IMG/VR virus record: IMGVR_UViG_3300024268_000045
Direction: 5' to 3' (one strand)
From: an uncultured virus (IMG/VR IMGVR_UViG_3300024268_000045)
Taxonomy: Duplodnaviria; Heunggongvirae; Uroviricota; Caudoviricetes
DNA length: 64,000 nucleotides
This document shows, one piece after another, positions 8,321 to 18,955 of the stretch. The translations under genes and the position numbers were made by a program. The number at the start of each line of letters is the position of its first letter. Within the stretch, counting starts at the first letter, position 1. Under the pieces are notes generated by a model. The model was given only the letters and a program-made list of their open reading frames with translations. It ran no database searches and was not told the origin of the DNA.

Positions 8321-11300
8321 TTAAGCTCCTAAACCACTCATAATTTGAGCAAAGTCACCGTTGTTTGGTATAATATCTGTTTGGTCTTCAATGATAGGCC
8401 ACATAGCATAAGCCGAAGCTCCAACCAAAGCAACTGGGTTGTCTTTTGTTGATACACCTTCCATACCAATACTTCCGTCTGTTATCATTTCAAGTGAGAG
8501 TTGAGAACGGTAACCAATTGCTCTCGGTAAAGCACTCTGAACAGGGACAATCCAGTAATCAGCAGATTGCTTTGCTCCACAAAGAAGTGCTTGTGGATCT
8601 TTTTCACCACTTGCAGTCAAATCTTTAAGAGCAGAAGTATTAACGCCACCGTAGTAATTGAAAAGGATTTGATTATCTTCAGCCATCTTACTCCAATCAA
8701 TGTTCCACTTTGCATCATCATAACCGTATGTGATGTATGGACCGTTTGGATTTTGAAGTTTCTTTGCAGCATTATCTTCATCACGGTGCTTTTCGACTGA
8801 ATACAATTTATAAACGCCATCTTCAGGTTTAACTGCATATTTAATCTTACCATTTCTGATTGCCCAACCGTTTTCGTTCCAAGTTTCATCAGCAGCAAGT
8901 TTGTCACCATTTGCTTTATTCTTGAAAGTGCCGTCTCTTTTCTTTACAAAAGATATTGGCTGAACAGGAACTACTCTTTCGTCAGTGCGTTTGAGTGTAC
9001 CGTCTTTAAGCTTTTCTTGACAAGCCAAGTATCTTTCATAAGAAACATATTGAACTTTAACATAAACAGTTTTAATTCTATCAGGCTCAAGTTCTGCATT
9101 TGAACCTGCAGCTTGTTTCTTAAGAACATCTGCTTTCATAGCAAGTGTATTTTGTATTTCATAGAAAGAAACATCAATCTTTGAAGACTTACCTTGGAAT
9201 GCAGTCATATCAATAGAACCTGCAGATGCAACAGCTGAACCTACAACTTGAGGCAACATCTTTTCAAGGTGACGGCACATCCACAAAGTACCGTCTTGCT
9301 TGTTACATCTCTTGTTTATAAAGTATCTTCTTGCTTCATACAAAACATTGAGGTAAGCAAGTAAGAATCTTTCAGGCTCTTCATTTGCTTTCAAATCAAT
9401 AAACTCATTTACTGATTTCCAAGCAGTGTTCATACTGTTATAAGAATATGAACCCATATCCATATAAAGATAAGGCTTAAGTAAACGCTTTACTTTAAGA
9501 ATTGTTTCTTTTCTTTGGTCAAGTACCAATCCTAAGTCATCGTGTAATCTTTGATTTTCTGAAGGACTGTTACAGAACCATTCACGGGCAATTTTTATCC
9601 AAGGATTGTAGCCATAGATGTCTTCACACCAAGATGCTTTGATACAACCTGCAGGAAGACTTCCATCATCACTAAGAGAACTTTGAGAACCTGTCTTTTC
9701 GTTGATAATTATATCGCCATTAGGGTCTGCAATATAATTCTTTTTTGGGTCAGCAAGATAATATGTTCTTGGTGATATAAGCCCAGGTGACTTCGCAGTG
9801 CCTTCAATCATTTTACGAATAAAGTCAAATGAAACAATGTACTGACCGTGTTCATCTTTACCACAAATAAAGTCTTTAGCAAAATTGAGATAACCTTTTT
9901 GTGTTGCGAGAATGTTGTATAAGAATCTTGGAGCAATATCAAAAGAAGTAAAGTAATACTTCAATGCAGACCAAGCATTCTTCAAGTAAACAGTATCTAC
10001 GATGTCGTGATTTTCTGTACACTCAACGCCATTCTTTGTCAATGTTACTAAACGTTTAACTGTTGTGTAAGTTCTGATGTCACTTGCTTTAATCTTAAAT
10101 GAACCTGCTGCTGACTGAACAGTACATCCACGAGATTCAATATGTGTAAGAGCATCAGCAAAACTTTTACCTTCAACATCAATTCCATATTGAAGAACCT
10201 TAAAGTTTACTCTTAAAGGACCGTTTGCATCACCACGATAGAATGTGTTTCTCAATCCCATATTGAGGATCATTGCGTGCCACCAATTAGGAGGTGTTAT
10301 TTCTCTATAAATGGCAAAACCGTTTCCTTCAGGACGATAAGTGTTTCCGTTGATTGTAACTTCGCCTTTATTTATCCATCCTGAAATCTGCCACATTGGG
10401 AATCTTATATTTTTGAAAGCAACATCCATCCAAGAGCTGCCATTCATATCAGCAGCTTTTTGTTTAGAGCAACATTTATTTGAATAAATTTCCGCGCCAT
10501 CATCTGCTTCGAAGTCAAGACCTGGGATGTCACCGATAATACCGACGCCTGAAATACCATTATAAGATGCAATCATACGGTCTGAACCTACAATACCATC
10601 TCTTACAATAGTTGTATCAAATAACGGAATTTCTCTTCCCGATATTCCTGTTATAAGGTCATAAGGAGTCTTTCTTGTTTCACTACAGTTTGTGCCTGTG
10701 TAGCCTGCACCCATTACAGAAAGAATTGAGTTATTTGCTGTTTCAGGTGTTACTTTTCCATCAATAGGAGGTGATGATACACCGATAGACTCTTCACCGT
10801 TATTTACAGAACCATAATTTGTAAATGTCGGCTTTGAAAGTCCTGCCCAGAATCTATCAGTTGAATACAACTTAACAGACATATATGTTTTCCAACCGCA
10901 GTGTCTTTCCCACCAATACTTTCGTTTGTTTGAAGAATATGTTCTTGAGTGCAAACAGAAGTAATAAACAGGCTTTTGATTATGATATATTTCAGCACGG
11001 AATAAACAGTCAGGACGGCCCTGCTCATCTCTTGTTAAGAAGAACGCTTTATTGTGCGCGCCGACCATACCGCCCCACCAGTCAACAATACTTGTCATAA
11101 TATTGTGTTCAGCATTAGTTTGGTAAACATTCAACACTTGCCAAGTAGCTTCATTAAGAATGCTCCATTGAGAATAATTGCCGCCTTGAGGTCCGTCTAC
11201 AAATAATTCATAATCCTCATTAGGTTGCGTTGCAAATAAGTATGCATAGTCTCTTGAGTAACCAAATAATGTTCTGTAAGAATTATACCAAGCGTTCTTA

Positions 11301-14227
11301 AATACGCTGCTTGAGTTGTTAGGCAAGTAAGACTCATAGTGTCTTGTTTGAACAATTCTCCAAGGTGCGTTAGGCTCTGAATGAAGTACATATCTTTTGA
11401 ATGTTGTAAACTTCCATTCATAGTGCCAAGCTCTTTGACAAGGTGCATAATAAGAAACCTTTAAACGCCAACCCCACCAACTGCCTGTCCATTCCCAGTG
11501 ATAGTACCAAGAGTAATTATAATATCTGCTCCAATAGTAATTGTACCAACCGTGATTCCAACAGCCGTACCACCACCAATTTGATGTCAAGCCGAGTTCT
11601 TTATGGAACCATTGCCACCAACCATAGCCTTCATAATGATATGGCTCGCCGTTTGAGTAATGTGATGGACGAACCCATCTCCAATCCCACCAACCCCAGT
11701 ACCAATAATTCCAACCCCAGTGCCATTCAAGCTGTGCATAGAATTCAACATCGCTGTAAACTTTTACACGAAGGTATGCAGGAACTTCACCTGTGCTATG
11801 ATGTCCTTTTTTAAGTCTTGCAAGACCTGCTGACCAAGATTGCTCATAAGCCTGTCTTTCACCATTTGCAACAGCTGAAACATTTGAACACCACTTTTCG
11901 TTTCCTTTGTAATAATAGTTATCTTGACGATTTGGAAGTGATGGCCAAGTAATGTCGCCATCTGCATCGTGATTGAAGTTGTCAGGACATTTATCAATAC
12001 GAGGAACGTTTCTTAAGAAAATGTTGTTTTCCTGATAGTAAGATTGATATGATTTTGGTGAACGGTAATAAGAGTGAGGACCACCATAAAGTGTTGGGTT
12101 GTATTGAGGAACACCAACGCCATTTGAGTTATCTACAAGTTTTTTATCAGTACCTAATAAGTATGCGTGTTCAGCGCCTTCGTCAAGAGCATCATTTGAA
12201 CTTGCTGCCTTTGTTGCTCCAAGAGAGTCCTGAATTGTCCCGTAAGTATTCTTTTGGTCAACACTTCCGTCTCCATTTGCACCTGCTTTTGAAAGTGCAG
12301 AGTTCTTTGAAGAGTCCCTTTTATTGAACATATTTAAGAATGTCAATGCACCTTTGAAAACTGAGCCTGGGCAGTACTTGTTACCACCTGAACCTTCTTC
12401 TGGGTCGTTGAAAGAATAACCTGTGTTCTGACCATTACCTGAAGCATCGTTACCGCCGACTATCATATCATAGCCGTCATAAGGCTCACCGTTTCCGCCG
12501 ACTTGATAATTTATTAACTGAACATCTTCGATTAAGTCTCTTTTATGATAAAGTCCAATACTTGTTTGTAAGAAAAGAATATCAATATCTGAGAAACCAT
12601 CGTCTTCTGATGTGTATAATGCTTTCCAAATTTTACCACCATAGTTCCATTCTTTATAACCTGAAAGAGCAGCGCCTTCAAAGTCTTGGAACATCAATCT
12701 GTTCTGAACAGAGTCACCTCTTATTCTTCCGTGATTGTCTTTTCCTTCCAAGTAATTACGCAAACCTGCTTTTGCAATTCTGTAATAATTAGGTACATAA
12801 GCAGTTGCACCATCAGGAGCAGTAATCTTATCAAGCCATCCTGACAAAGCAGTTGGGTCAGGATATAATGTATGCCATTGTGAATAAGGATATGCATTGA
12901 TTATCCAAGACTTATGATTGTCTCCATATATTTTTGAGATGGCACAGTTGATAACACCCCAAGAGGCAGCTCTATCATCAGGCTGTCCGCTTGTTTCCCA
13001 ACCATAATGATTTGGGTTATCTTTGTCCAAACGGTGAGTCAACATTATGATGTTAGGTAAAGTACTTTCAGTGTTTGTTACCAAACCTTCCTGAAGATAC
13101 ATTGAGATGTCCCACTCTGTAAGATATGTTGAAACGATACCCGACATACCTTCAAGAACCCACTGCAACATATTGATGTTATCGTTAATTGCCTTAAACC
13201 CAGGTGCACGATATGTAAAAGAAGAACGAGCAGCAAGTCCGTTGCTCATATCATAAGTATCATAATATTTATTTTCTTCGTTTTTAATTGCAAGTCGAGT
13301 GTCTTCAGCTTCAGTTACAGTTACCTCTTTTCCATCTTTACGCAATTCTTCATTTTTTGCGTTAAGTTCTTCTTGTCTTTTGTTCTTTGCTTGCTCGAGG
13401 TAATCTTTCATTGTCATTGTACTTACAGAAGATGTCTCACCTTGAGACTTTTTGTAATACAATTTACCATCAGTGCCTCTGTACTTAATACGCTGTCCTG
13501 ATGCGTCAAGAAGATAGCCATTGTTATCAACTTCAAGGCCTGTCTCTTTATCATACTTTTTTGTACTTATACCTTTCCAAGAAGTTGGTTTTATATTTAA
13601 TGGCGCGTAAGGAGGGAACCAAATAACAGAATAATACTCTGACTTATCTTTAAGAGATGTGCCTTCCCATTCCTTATAATTAACTTTTGAATTGAAAAGT
13701 GCACGAGTTCTCAAACGGCCAAATTCATCAGTCTGATTATTTACAGTCCCAGGCTTTGCTTTACCTGTAACTTCACCAAGACGATACTTTGCATCAGTTT
13801 CTCCTACAGGAGATATATACATATCATAAAAGTTTTGAATAACTTGTAAAGCTGCTTGAGTGTTTATTTGATTGTTGAGCTTTTCACCTGCATCATCGCC
13901 AAGAGATCTTAATGTCCAACCTTTGAGGTCAAGGTAAGAAGCAAGTTCTGCACTGTCTTCACCTGCTTTTTGCAAATTCAAAAATTCAGATAAAGTCCAT
14001 TCGTTCTTACCGTTTGCAACCGCACCTGTGCCATTTGTATCAGTAATAGGAACATTTACATAATTTCCATACTGATCTTTTACTGTACTGAAGCGTGGAT
14101 TTTTTCCCGCCGCATCATACATCTTTTTGAAAAAGTTTTCGTTTACTACAGCCTTTTGTTCGATTGCACCTGTGAGAGATGTCCAATCTGTTGTGGTACC
14201 GTCAAAAAAAGTATCTAATCTCATCAA
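8321..14227 (-). CDS. Very large (1968 aa) putative virion/baseplate protein with a Trp/Tyr-rich segment
   Basis: Uninterrupted ORF; late-type motif and SD upstream; G/N/Y/W-rich composition; function inferred only. Confidence 0.55.
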   Translation of the reverse strand: MMRLDTFFDGTTTDWTSLTGAIEQKAVVNENFFKKMYDAAGKNPRFSTVKDQYGNYVNVPITDTNGTGAVANGKNEWTLSEFLNLQKAGEDSAELASYLDLKGWTLRSLGDDAGEKLNNQINTQAALQVIQNFYDMYISPVGETDAKYRLGEVTGKAKPGTVNNQTDEFGRLRTRALFNSKVNYKEWEGTSLKDKSEYYSVIWFPPYAPLNIKPTSWKGISTKKYDKETGLEVDNNGYLLDASGQRIKYRGTDGKLYYKKSQGETSSVSTMTMKDYLEQAKNKRQEELNAKNEELRKDGKEVTVTEAEDTRLAIKNEENKYYDTYDMSNGLAARSSFTYRAPGFKAINDNINMLQWVLEGMSGIVSTYLTEWDISMYLQEGLVTNTESTLPNIIMLTHRLDKDNPNHYGWETSGQPDDRAASWGVINCAISKIYGDNHKSWIINAYPYSQWHTLYPDPTALSGWLDKITAPDGATAYVPNYYRIAKAGLRNYLEGKDNHGRIRGDSVQNRLMFQDFEGAALSGYKEWNYGGKIWKALYTSEDDGFSDIDILFLQTSIGLYHKRDLIEDVQLINYQVGGNGEPYDGYDMIVGGNDASGNGQNTGYSFNDPEEGSGGNKYCPGSVFKGALTFLNMFNKRDSSKNSALSKAGANGDGSVDQKNTYGTIQDSLGATKAASSNDALDEGAEHAYLLGTDKKLVDNSNGVGVPQYNPTLYGGPHSYYRSPKSYQSYYQENNIFLRNVPRIDKCPDNFNHDADGDITWPSLPNRQDNYYYKGNEKWCSNVSAVANGERQAYEQSWSAGLARLKKGHHSTGEVPAYLRVKVYSDVEFYAQLEWHWGWNYWYWGWWDWRWVRPSHYSNGEPYHYEGYGWWQWFHKELGLTSNWWWYGCWNHGWYNYYWSRYYNYSWYYHWEWTGSWWGWRLKVSYYAPCQRAWHYEWKFTTFKRYVLHSEPNAPWRIVQTRHYESYLPNNSSSVFKNAWYNSYRTLFGYSRDYAYLFATQPNEDYELFVDGPQGGNYSQWSILNEATWQVLNVYQTNAEHNIMTSIVDWWGGMVGAHNKAFFLTRDEQGRPDCLFRAEIYHNQKPVYYFCLHSRTYSSNKRKYWWERHCGWKTYMSVKLYSTDRFWAGLSKPTFTNYGSVNNGEESIGVSSPPIDGKVTPETANNSILSVMGAGYTGTNCSETRKTPYDLITGISGREIPLFDTTIVRDGIVGSDRMIASYNGISGVGIIGDIPGLDFEADDGAEIYSNKCCSKQKAADMNGSSWMDVAFKNIRFPMWQISGWINKGEVTINGNTYRPEGNGFAIYREITPPNWWHAMILNMGLRNTFYRGDANGPLRVNFKVLQYGIDVEGKSFADALTHIESRGCTVQSAAGSFKIKASDIRTYTTVKRLVTLTKNGVECTENHDIVDTVYLKNAWSALKYYFTSFDIAPRFLYNILATQKGYLNFAKDFICGKDEHGQYIVSFDFIRKMIEGTAKSPGLISPRTYYLADPKKNYIADPNGDIIINEKTGSQSSLSDDGSLPAGCIKASWCEDIYGYNPWIKIAREWFCNSPSENQRLHDDLGLVLDQRKETILKVKRLLKPYLYMDMGSYSYNSMNTAWKSVNEFIDLKANEEPERFLLAYLNVLYEARRYFINKRCNKQDGTLWMCRHLEKMLPQVVGSAVASAGSIDMTAFQGKSSKIDVSFYEIQNTLAMKADVLKKQAAGSNAELEPDRIKTVYVKVQYVSYERYLACQEKLKDGTLKRTDERVVPVQPISFVKKRDGTFKNKANGDKLAADETWNENGWAIRNGKIKYAVKPEDGVYKLYSVEKHRDEDNAAKKLQNPNGPYITYGYDDAKWNIDWSKMAEDNQILFNYYGGVNTSALKDLTASGEKDPQALLCGAKQSADYWIVPVQSALPRAIGYRSQLSLEMITDGSIGMEGVSTKDNPVALVGASAYAMWPIIEDQTDIIPNNGDFAQIMSGLGA

Positions 14228-14252
14228 TGACCTCTATAATTTAGTCTTATAT

Positions 14253-15749
14253 TTATTTTACACTGAAAGGACCTAAGAATGAAGCAAGGTCGTTAAGTTT
14301 TTGTTGAACACCTGTCTTATCTTCAGTATCAACTTCTTTAACTGCATTCTTTGTATTATCAACAACCTTTTTTGTGCTGTTAAGAACATTATTGATTTTA
14401 CTCTTAATACCCTGTGGGAGAGCTTTTGACATAAGATTTTGAAGTCCCGCGCCAGTAACGCCTTCACCACCAAATAATTTTTGATTGAGTGCTTCTTTAC
14501 CCTGATTCCAAGAATCCTCTTCTGCCCAAGACTTAACTTCATTTTTCCAGTTTTCAGCGCCTTGCTCAAACTCATCTTTATCAAATGCATCAGCAAGTTC
14601 TTTACCTAAAGCTTGTCCTTGATTTGCAAAACTAATAACTGCTGACTTTGTTGAACTGATTGAACTTGAAATACCTGAAAGAACTTCATTTATTTGGTCA
14701 AGTACTGACTGTATTTGTTCTGTTTTACAATCAAGTTCCAACATATTCCAAAGCATTTGTAAAATTTCACCGATTGCTGAAATAAGTAAAGCTGCAATCT
14801 TTTCTGCTACCATTTGAATAACTTGTCCTGCAGCAGGAGGGTTAATCCAACACTGAGCAGCGAAAGTAATCATCTTTACAATAGGAACAACAATTGTGAG
14901 AATTAAAAGAAGAACTTTCTTAAGAACATTTACAACTTTTAATATCGCAAGAATTGCAGATAATATAGGCAACTCTTTAGTGATACATTCGATAACTTCT
15001 TTTTCTCTTTCGGCAGCTGCAGCATCTCTGTTAGCGTTTGTTTCACCAACGGAATCATCTGCTGCCTCAGCGGCGCTTTTCTTTTTTGCTTCTCCGCCGC
15101 CACCTGCTCCGTCATTTTCATTATCACTGTCATCGTCATCACCGTTTCCATCAGAATTAAGTGATGCATTGATACCTTTTTTCAAGTCATCAAGAAGATT
15201 ACTTTGGTCGTCAAACTCTTCATCGCCATCTTCATCGAAGTCATCACACCCAGGGTTATATAATTGTGTTAAGTCACCACCACCTCCTGGGAATGGCCCA
15301 GGCCCAGGCTGAGGAGGAGAGACTGCAAGAACATTTATAAGAATACCTTCAAGTTCACCTATCAAAAAGTCAACCTGAGTATCAAGTCCACCACCTGGGA
15401 GCAATAAGTGAGAGTCAGTTGGGTCACCGCCCAAACTCAACTTCATCGCAAGTTCATTTGCGTTTACTTCAGGGTTTGGGTCAGGCCCTAAACCTGCGCC
15501 TGAGGACTCAGTTTTGAAATCATCGTTATCAATCTTTTCAGGAACTTTATATTTTGGCAGAGATGTTGCCATCGCGTGAAGCTCACGAAGACGATTTGCA
15601 ATCTTTTCCATAATTGCATCTTCTTCAAACTCCAGCTCTTCGAGATTAGTTTTTGAAATTTCTCTTTTTGGGTTTAAGTCAGAATCACCGAACTCATAGT
15701 CGGAACCCAAGTAACGGTCATATACTTTTTTAAGAAATTCTTCTGCCAT
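14253..15749 (-). CDS. Putative virion protein with an acidic/Gly linker and long hydrophobic helices
   Basis: ACTAATT-N5-ATG start; hydrophobic stretch LPILSAILAIL...EILQMLW. Confidence 0.5.
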   Translation of the reverse strand: MAEEFLKKVYDRYLGSDYEFGDSDLNPKREISKTNLEELEFEEDAIMEKIANRLRELHAMATSLPKYKVPEKIDNDDFKTESSGAGLGPDPNPEVNANELAMKLSLGGDPTDSHLLLPGGGLDTQVDFLIGELEGILINVLAVSPPQPGPGPFPGGGGDLTQLYNPGCDDFDEDGDEEFDDQSNLLDDLKKGINASLNSDGNGDDDDSDNENDGAGGGGEAKKKSAAEAADDSVGETNANRDAAAAEREKEVIECITKELPILSAILAILKVVNVLKKVLLLILTIVVPIVKMITFAAQCWINPPAAGQVIQMVAEKIAALLISAIGEILQMLWNMLELDCKTEQIQSVLDQINEVLSGISSSISSTKSAVISFANQGQALGKELADAFDKDEFEQGAENWKNEVKSWAEEDSWNQGKEALNQKLFGGEGVTGAGLQNLMSKALPQGIKSKINNVLNSTKKVVDNTKNAVKEVDTEDKTGVQQKLNDLASFLGPFSVK

Positions 15750-15766
15750 AATAAAATTAGTCTTAA

Positions 15767-16462
15767 CTAAACGGCAGGAAGAAATTCATCTGTCAAATGA
15801 ATAATAAGATCTTTTGCAGGAACTTTTGGCCATACATTTGACATATCAAAGCCAATGCAACTTAACTTTTGCTTTGGGCACAATTCTTTAATGTAAGTCA
15901 ATTCAAGGCCTTCATCTTTTAAGATTTTGTTTACTTTTTGATTTATAGGATTGTCGACTGCTCTCTGATATGATGTACCGTAATAATACTCAAATACTTC
16001 GTGAAGAACTGTTCTCCAACAATTTTCAAAAAAGTAGTCCCAATTCATATCAAGAAAAGCATACTCATCGCATTTTAACTTTGTTTTTTCTAACAACTCT
16101 ATAACGTATTCTCTTTCCTGATTATCAAGACACTCAGGAGAATTTGGGTCCCATACATCTAATACAAATCCTAAAGGACTATTTTCTGCGATTGAACCAA
16201 TTGCCTCGTGGAACACTAAAGGTATAACTTTGTACCCACTTTTTGCCATTCTTTTAACATCTTCATCAAACATTACAACCTGTGAGTTTTCGTCAAGGCC
16301 ATTAAAATAAAGATTGAGCATCCAATCGTAAATAAGGTCAAGTTTATCTGGATTTTGTGTTAGGTAACAGCAGAACTCTGCAGTGTTTTCAATTCTTTTT
16401 TCAATTTTGTTTTCAGGAACAAAGTACTTTTTATACAAGTCCTTAATATAAGTTGTTGACAT
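15767..16462 (-). CDS. Hypothetical protein containing HExxE
   Basis: SD GAGG before ATG 16462; VLHEVFE. Confidence 0.6.
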   Translation of the reverse strand: MSTTYIKDLYKKYFVPENKIEKRIENTAEFCCYLTQNPDKLDLIYDWMLNLYFNGLDENSQVVMFDEDVKRMAKSGYKVIPLVFHEAIGSIAENSPLGFVLDVWDPNSPECLDNQEREYVIELLEKTKLKCDEYAFLDMNWDYFFENCWRTVLHEVFEYYYGTSYQRAVDNPINQKVNKILKDEGLELTYIKELCPKQKLSCIGFDMSNVWPKVPAKDLIIHLTDEFLPAV

Positions 16463-16871
16463 CAATTACCTCAAATCGATAGACGTTAGTATCGAAGATA
16501 GAGTTAATTACTAAATATCTTCTCAATTGTTTTATTATATTAACATCAGCGATTTTTATTGCTTGAAGTTTTGATTGTGACCAAGAGCATAAGCCTCTTT
16601 TTGAAGAGTCGTATCCCGCAAAATAAAATCTTGTTTTTGTTTTCTTTTCTACAATTGCAAAATACATCTTATTTACCGTCATCACCAAAACACATTTCAA
16701 CATAGTGTTTATGTGCTTTCCAACCTTCCGCAAAGATAAATCTTACAAGAGCTGCATTTACGACATTATATAATTCTTTATTTTTTAAAGAAAATTCGTC
16801 ATAAGCAACCTCTACAGGTTTATCATTTTGGTAGTCTTCTTTTTCAAGCATTGAGGTGTCCTTCTAAAAAA

Positions 16872-17138
16872 TTAGTAGGAAAACACCTTCTTATTTTCAA
16901 CGGTTTTGTTAAGCCACTCTTCAAGAAAATCGATTTCAGTAACAAGAAATGTTGTAATTGCAACAGGAGAACATTTTTCTGTAAATGAAACAATAAGACG
17001 GTCAGCGTCAAAAGAGTCTTCACTTATTTCAATCCAACAATCTTCGTCGTCATCGCGGTCATAAGACCAACTTTTAATTTCATTTTCAATGTCTGGGTTA
17101 TAATGAAAGCCTTCTATTTTAAGTTTTGTCAAATCCAT
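16872..17138 (-). CDS. Hypothetical acidic protein
   Basis: GTTAATAT motif and SD GGAGG upstream. Confidence 0.65.
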   Translation of the reverse strand: MDLTKLKIEGFHYNPDIENEIKSWSYDRDDDEDCWIEISEDSFDADRLIVSFTEKCSPVAITTFLVTEIDFLEEWLNKTVENKKVFSY

Positions 17139-17164
17139 AGTGAACCTCCATTTACAATATTAAC

Positions 17165-17190
17165 AAAAATGGCGGACCGAAGCCCGCCTT
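17165..17190 (-). terminator. Terminator after the C5-methyltransferase gene
   Basis: GGCGG..CCGCC stem followed by a U-tract on the minus strand. Confidence 0.6.
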
Positions 17191-17193
17191 ATT

Positions 17194-18468
17194 TCATTTC
17201 ATAAACTTGTTGAACCCACTTGGGATTGATTTCTTCGGCTTTGTTTTTGCTTCAGAACAGAAGTCTTGGTCAACATTCTGTGTTTCTGCAATGTTAAGTT
17301 TTCCTTCAAGGAACTTCTTAACTTCATTACAGTAATACTGTGCTGTACATACAGGAACATTCTGACCAATCATACCCATCTTCTGTTTAGGTACTTCTGG
17401 GAAGTCATCAGGCAAAGCCATCAATCTCATACATTCACGGATTGAGTAGCCACGCTCTTCAACTGGGTGCCAAATACGACCCATAGAACGACCATACAAA
17501 GAAGGGAGCTTGTGTGTACCAAAGTAAAGTGGGGCGCCCGACATCCAACCTTTGCCCTGAGCTTTCTTTGAGATGAAGTAATCAATGTCATCTTTATCTT
17601 TTTGTCTGTCAAAGAACTGCTTTGCATAAGCAAGTTCACCACATTCATCAGCACAGAAGTCAGCAGCAGCATTGTGCTTTGCCCACTCTTCACGGTATTT
17701 GTCGCCCCACTTGTGCTTAAGATACTTTATCCAACCATCATCGCCTGAGCGAACCTGACAAGCGCCTTGCTGTTTTGGCAAGTCACCAATAATGTCCATA
17801 ATTGCAGGGATAGGAGCAGGTCCGTCATACTCAAGATAAGGAGCGTTGCTGTCCTTTACGCAAATCATAAATGTACGAGTTCTGTTCTGTGGGAGGCCGT
17901 GATGCAAAGTATTTACTTTTACAAGGTTGACACCATAACCTGCTTCATTTGCCATTTTTGTAAGCTTTTCTTTAATGCCTGCTCCAAGAGGTGTTGCAAG
18001 TTTGTAAGCATTTTCAAAAATGTAAACTTTAGGCTTCAAGTATTTCAAAACATTTGAAAGCATACCCAACATATTGTTGTTCTGAACAGCATCAGAACCA
18101 CGACCCATTTTTGAGTTGCTGCCTGACTGAGTATTTGCTGAAGAAAGTCCTGCACAGATAGGAACACCTACAACAACATCAAGATCCTTAAATTTAGGCA
18201 TATCCCAATTCCAAACAACTTTCTCATTACCCTCTTCATCAACCTGAGGTTTGAAATCCTCAGCAAGAGAATAAGCTCCGCCGTTCAAATAAAAATGTTT
18301 AAGATTGTTGCCTTTTACCTCATTCATATAATTGAGATATAATTCGGAATTCGCAACACCATCATAGTCAAGAACTGCAGTAGGTGGGCAGCCAAAAGCA
18401 TTTTCTGCACCGATGGCGCAACCACCGATAAGAGGCTGATAAGCAAGCCATCTAATATTTTTTGACAT
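17194..18468 (-). CDS. dcm: DNA cytosine-C5 methyltransferase (divergent phage type)
   Basis: PLIGG (motif I variant), GVPICAGLS (IV), FENA (VI), PQNRTR (VIII), SIRECMRL (IX), IGQNVP (X). Confidence 0.82.
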   Translation of the reverse strand: MSKNIRWLAYQPLIGGCAIGAENAFGCPPTAVLDYDGVANSELYLNYMNEVKGNNLKHFYLNGGAYSLAEDFKPQVDEEGNEKVVWNWDMPKFKDLDVVVGVPICAGLSSANTQSGSNSKMGRGSDAVQNNNMLGMLSNVLKYLKPKVYIFENAYKLATPLGAGIKEKLTKMANEAGYGVNLVKVNTLHHGLPQNRTRTFMICVKDSNAPYLEYDGPAPIPAIMDIIGDLPKQQGACQVRSGDDGWIKYLKHKWGDKYREEWAKHNAAADFCADECGELAYAKQFFDRQKDKDDIDYFISKKAQGKGWMSGAPLYFGTHKLPSLYGRSMGRIWHPVEERGYSIRECMRLMALPDDFPEVPKQKMGMIGQNVPVCTAQYYCNEVKKFLEGKLNIAETQNVDQDFCSEAKTKPKKSIPSGFNKFMK

Positions 18469-18515
18469 TAAATTAAATCCTCCAATAATCTAGTTTAAAA
18501 ACACGAAAATGAACC

Positions 18516-18740
18516 CTAAGGCTCATCTGGGTGTATGATATAATAATCAGTTTCAGTGAATAATTCTCCGCACTCTTTAGGAAGTTCTTTGTCATTTATT
18601 GTGTAGCCAAAGCAACAAGTAGGAATTCTTTGTCCTTTTTGATTAGGCGGAGCAACTCTATACTTACAACGGCGGCAACCTTTAGGCTTATTGTCTTTTG
18701 TTGTCGCTGTGGTCTTTTTAGTTGTCTTTTTTGTCGGCAT
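18516..18740 (-). CDS. Small Lys/Thr-rich, Cys-containing protein
   Basis: GTTAATAT motif upstream; CxxC. Confidence 0.5.
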   Translation of the reverse strand: MPTKKTTKKTTATTKDNKPKGCRRCKYRVAPPNQKGQRIPTCCFGYTINDKELPKECGELFTETDYYIIHPDEP

Positions 18741-18955
18741 AAATTGATATTAACATTTTATCTTCAACAGACGCGCAAACATTTTCCCAAGCATCTTCTG
18801 CTTCTTTTACAGTTTCATAAACAGGTGTTGTCAAATTGCAACGCTTGCATCTGATGAAGTACTTTGTTTTATGATACAATTCATCTTCAATTGCGTTTGC
18901 GCCTGCAGTTGCATAGTTTCTTTCAATTGAACAGTTTGGACAATAAAAGCCACAG

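Noticed and set aside
11400..11814. Diversity-generating retroelement target, or a real plus-strand ORF, in the Trp-rich region
   Set aside because: No reverse transcriptase or template repeat was seen; the plus-strand ORF is the antisense shadow of TGG/TAT codons.
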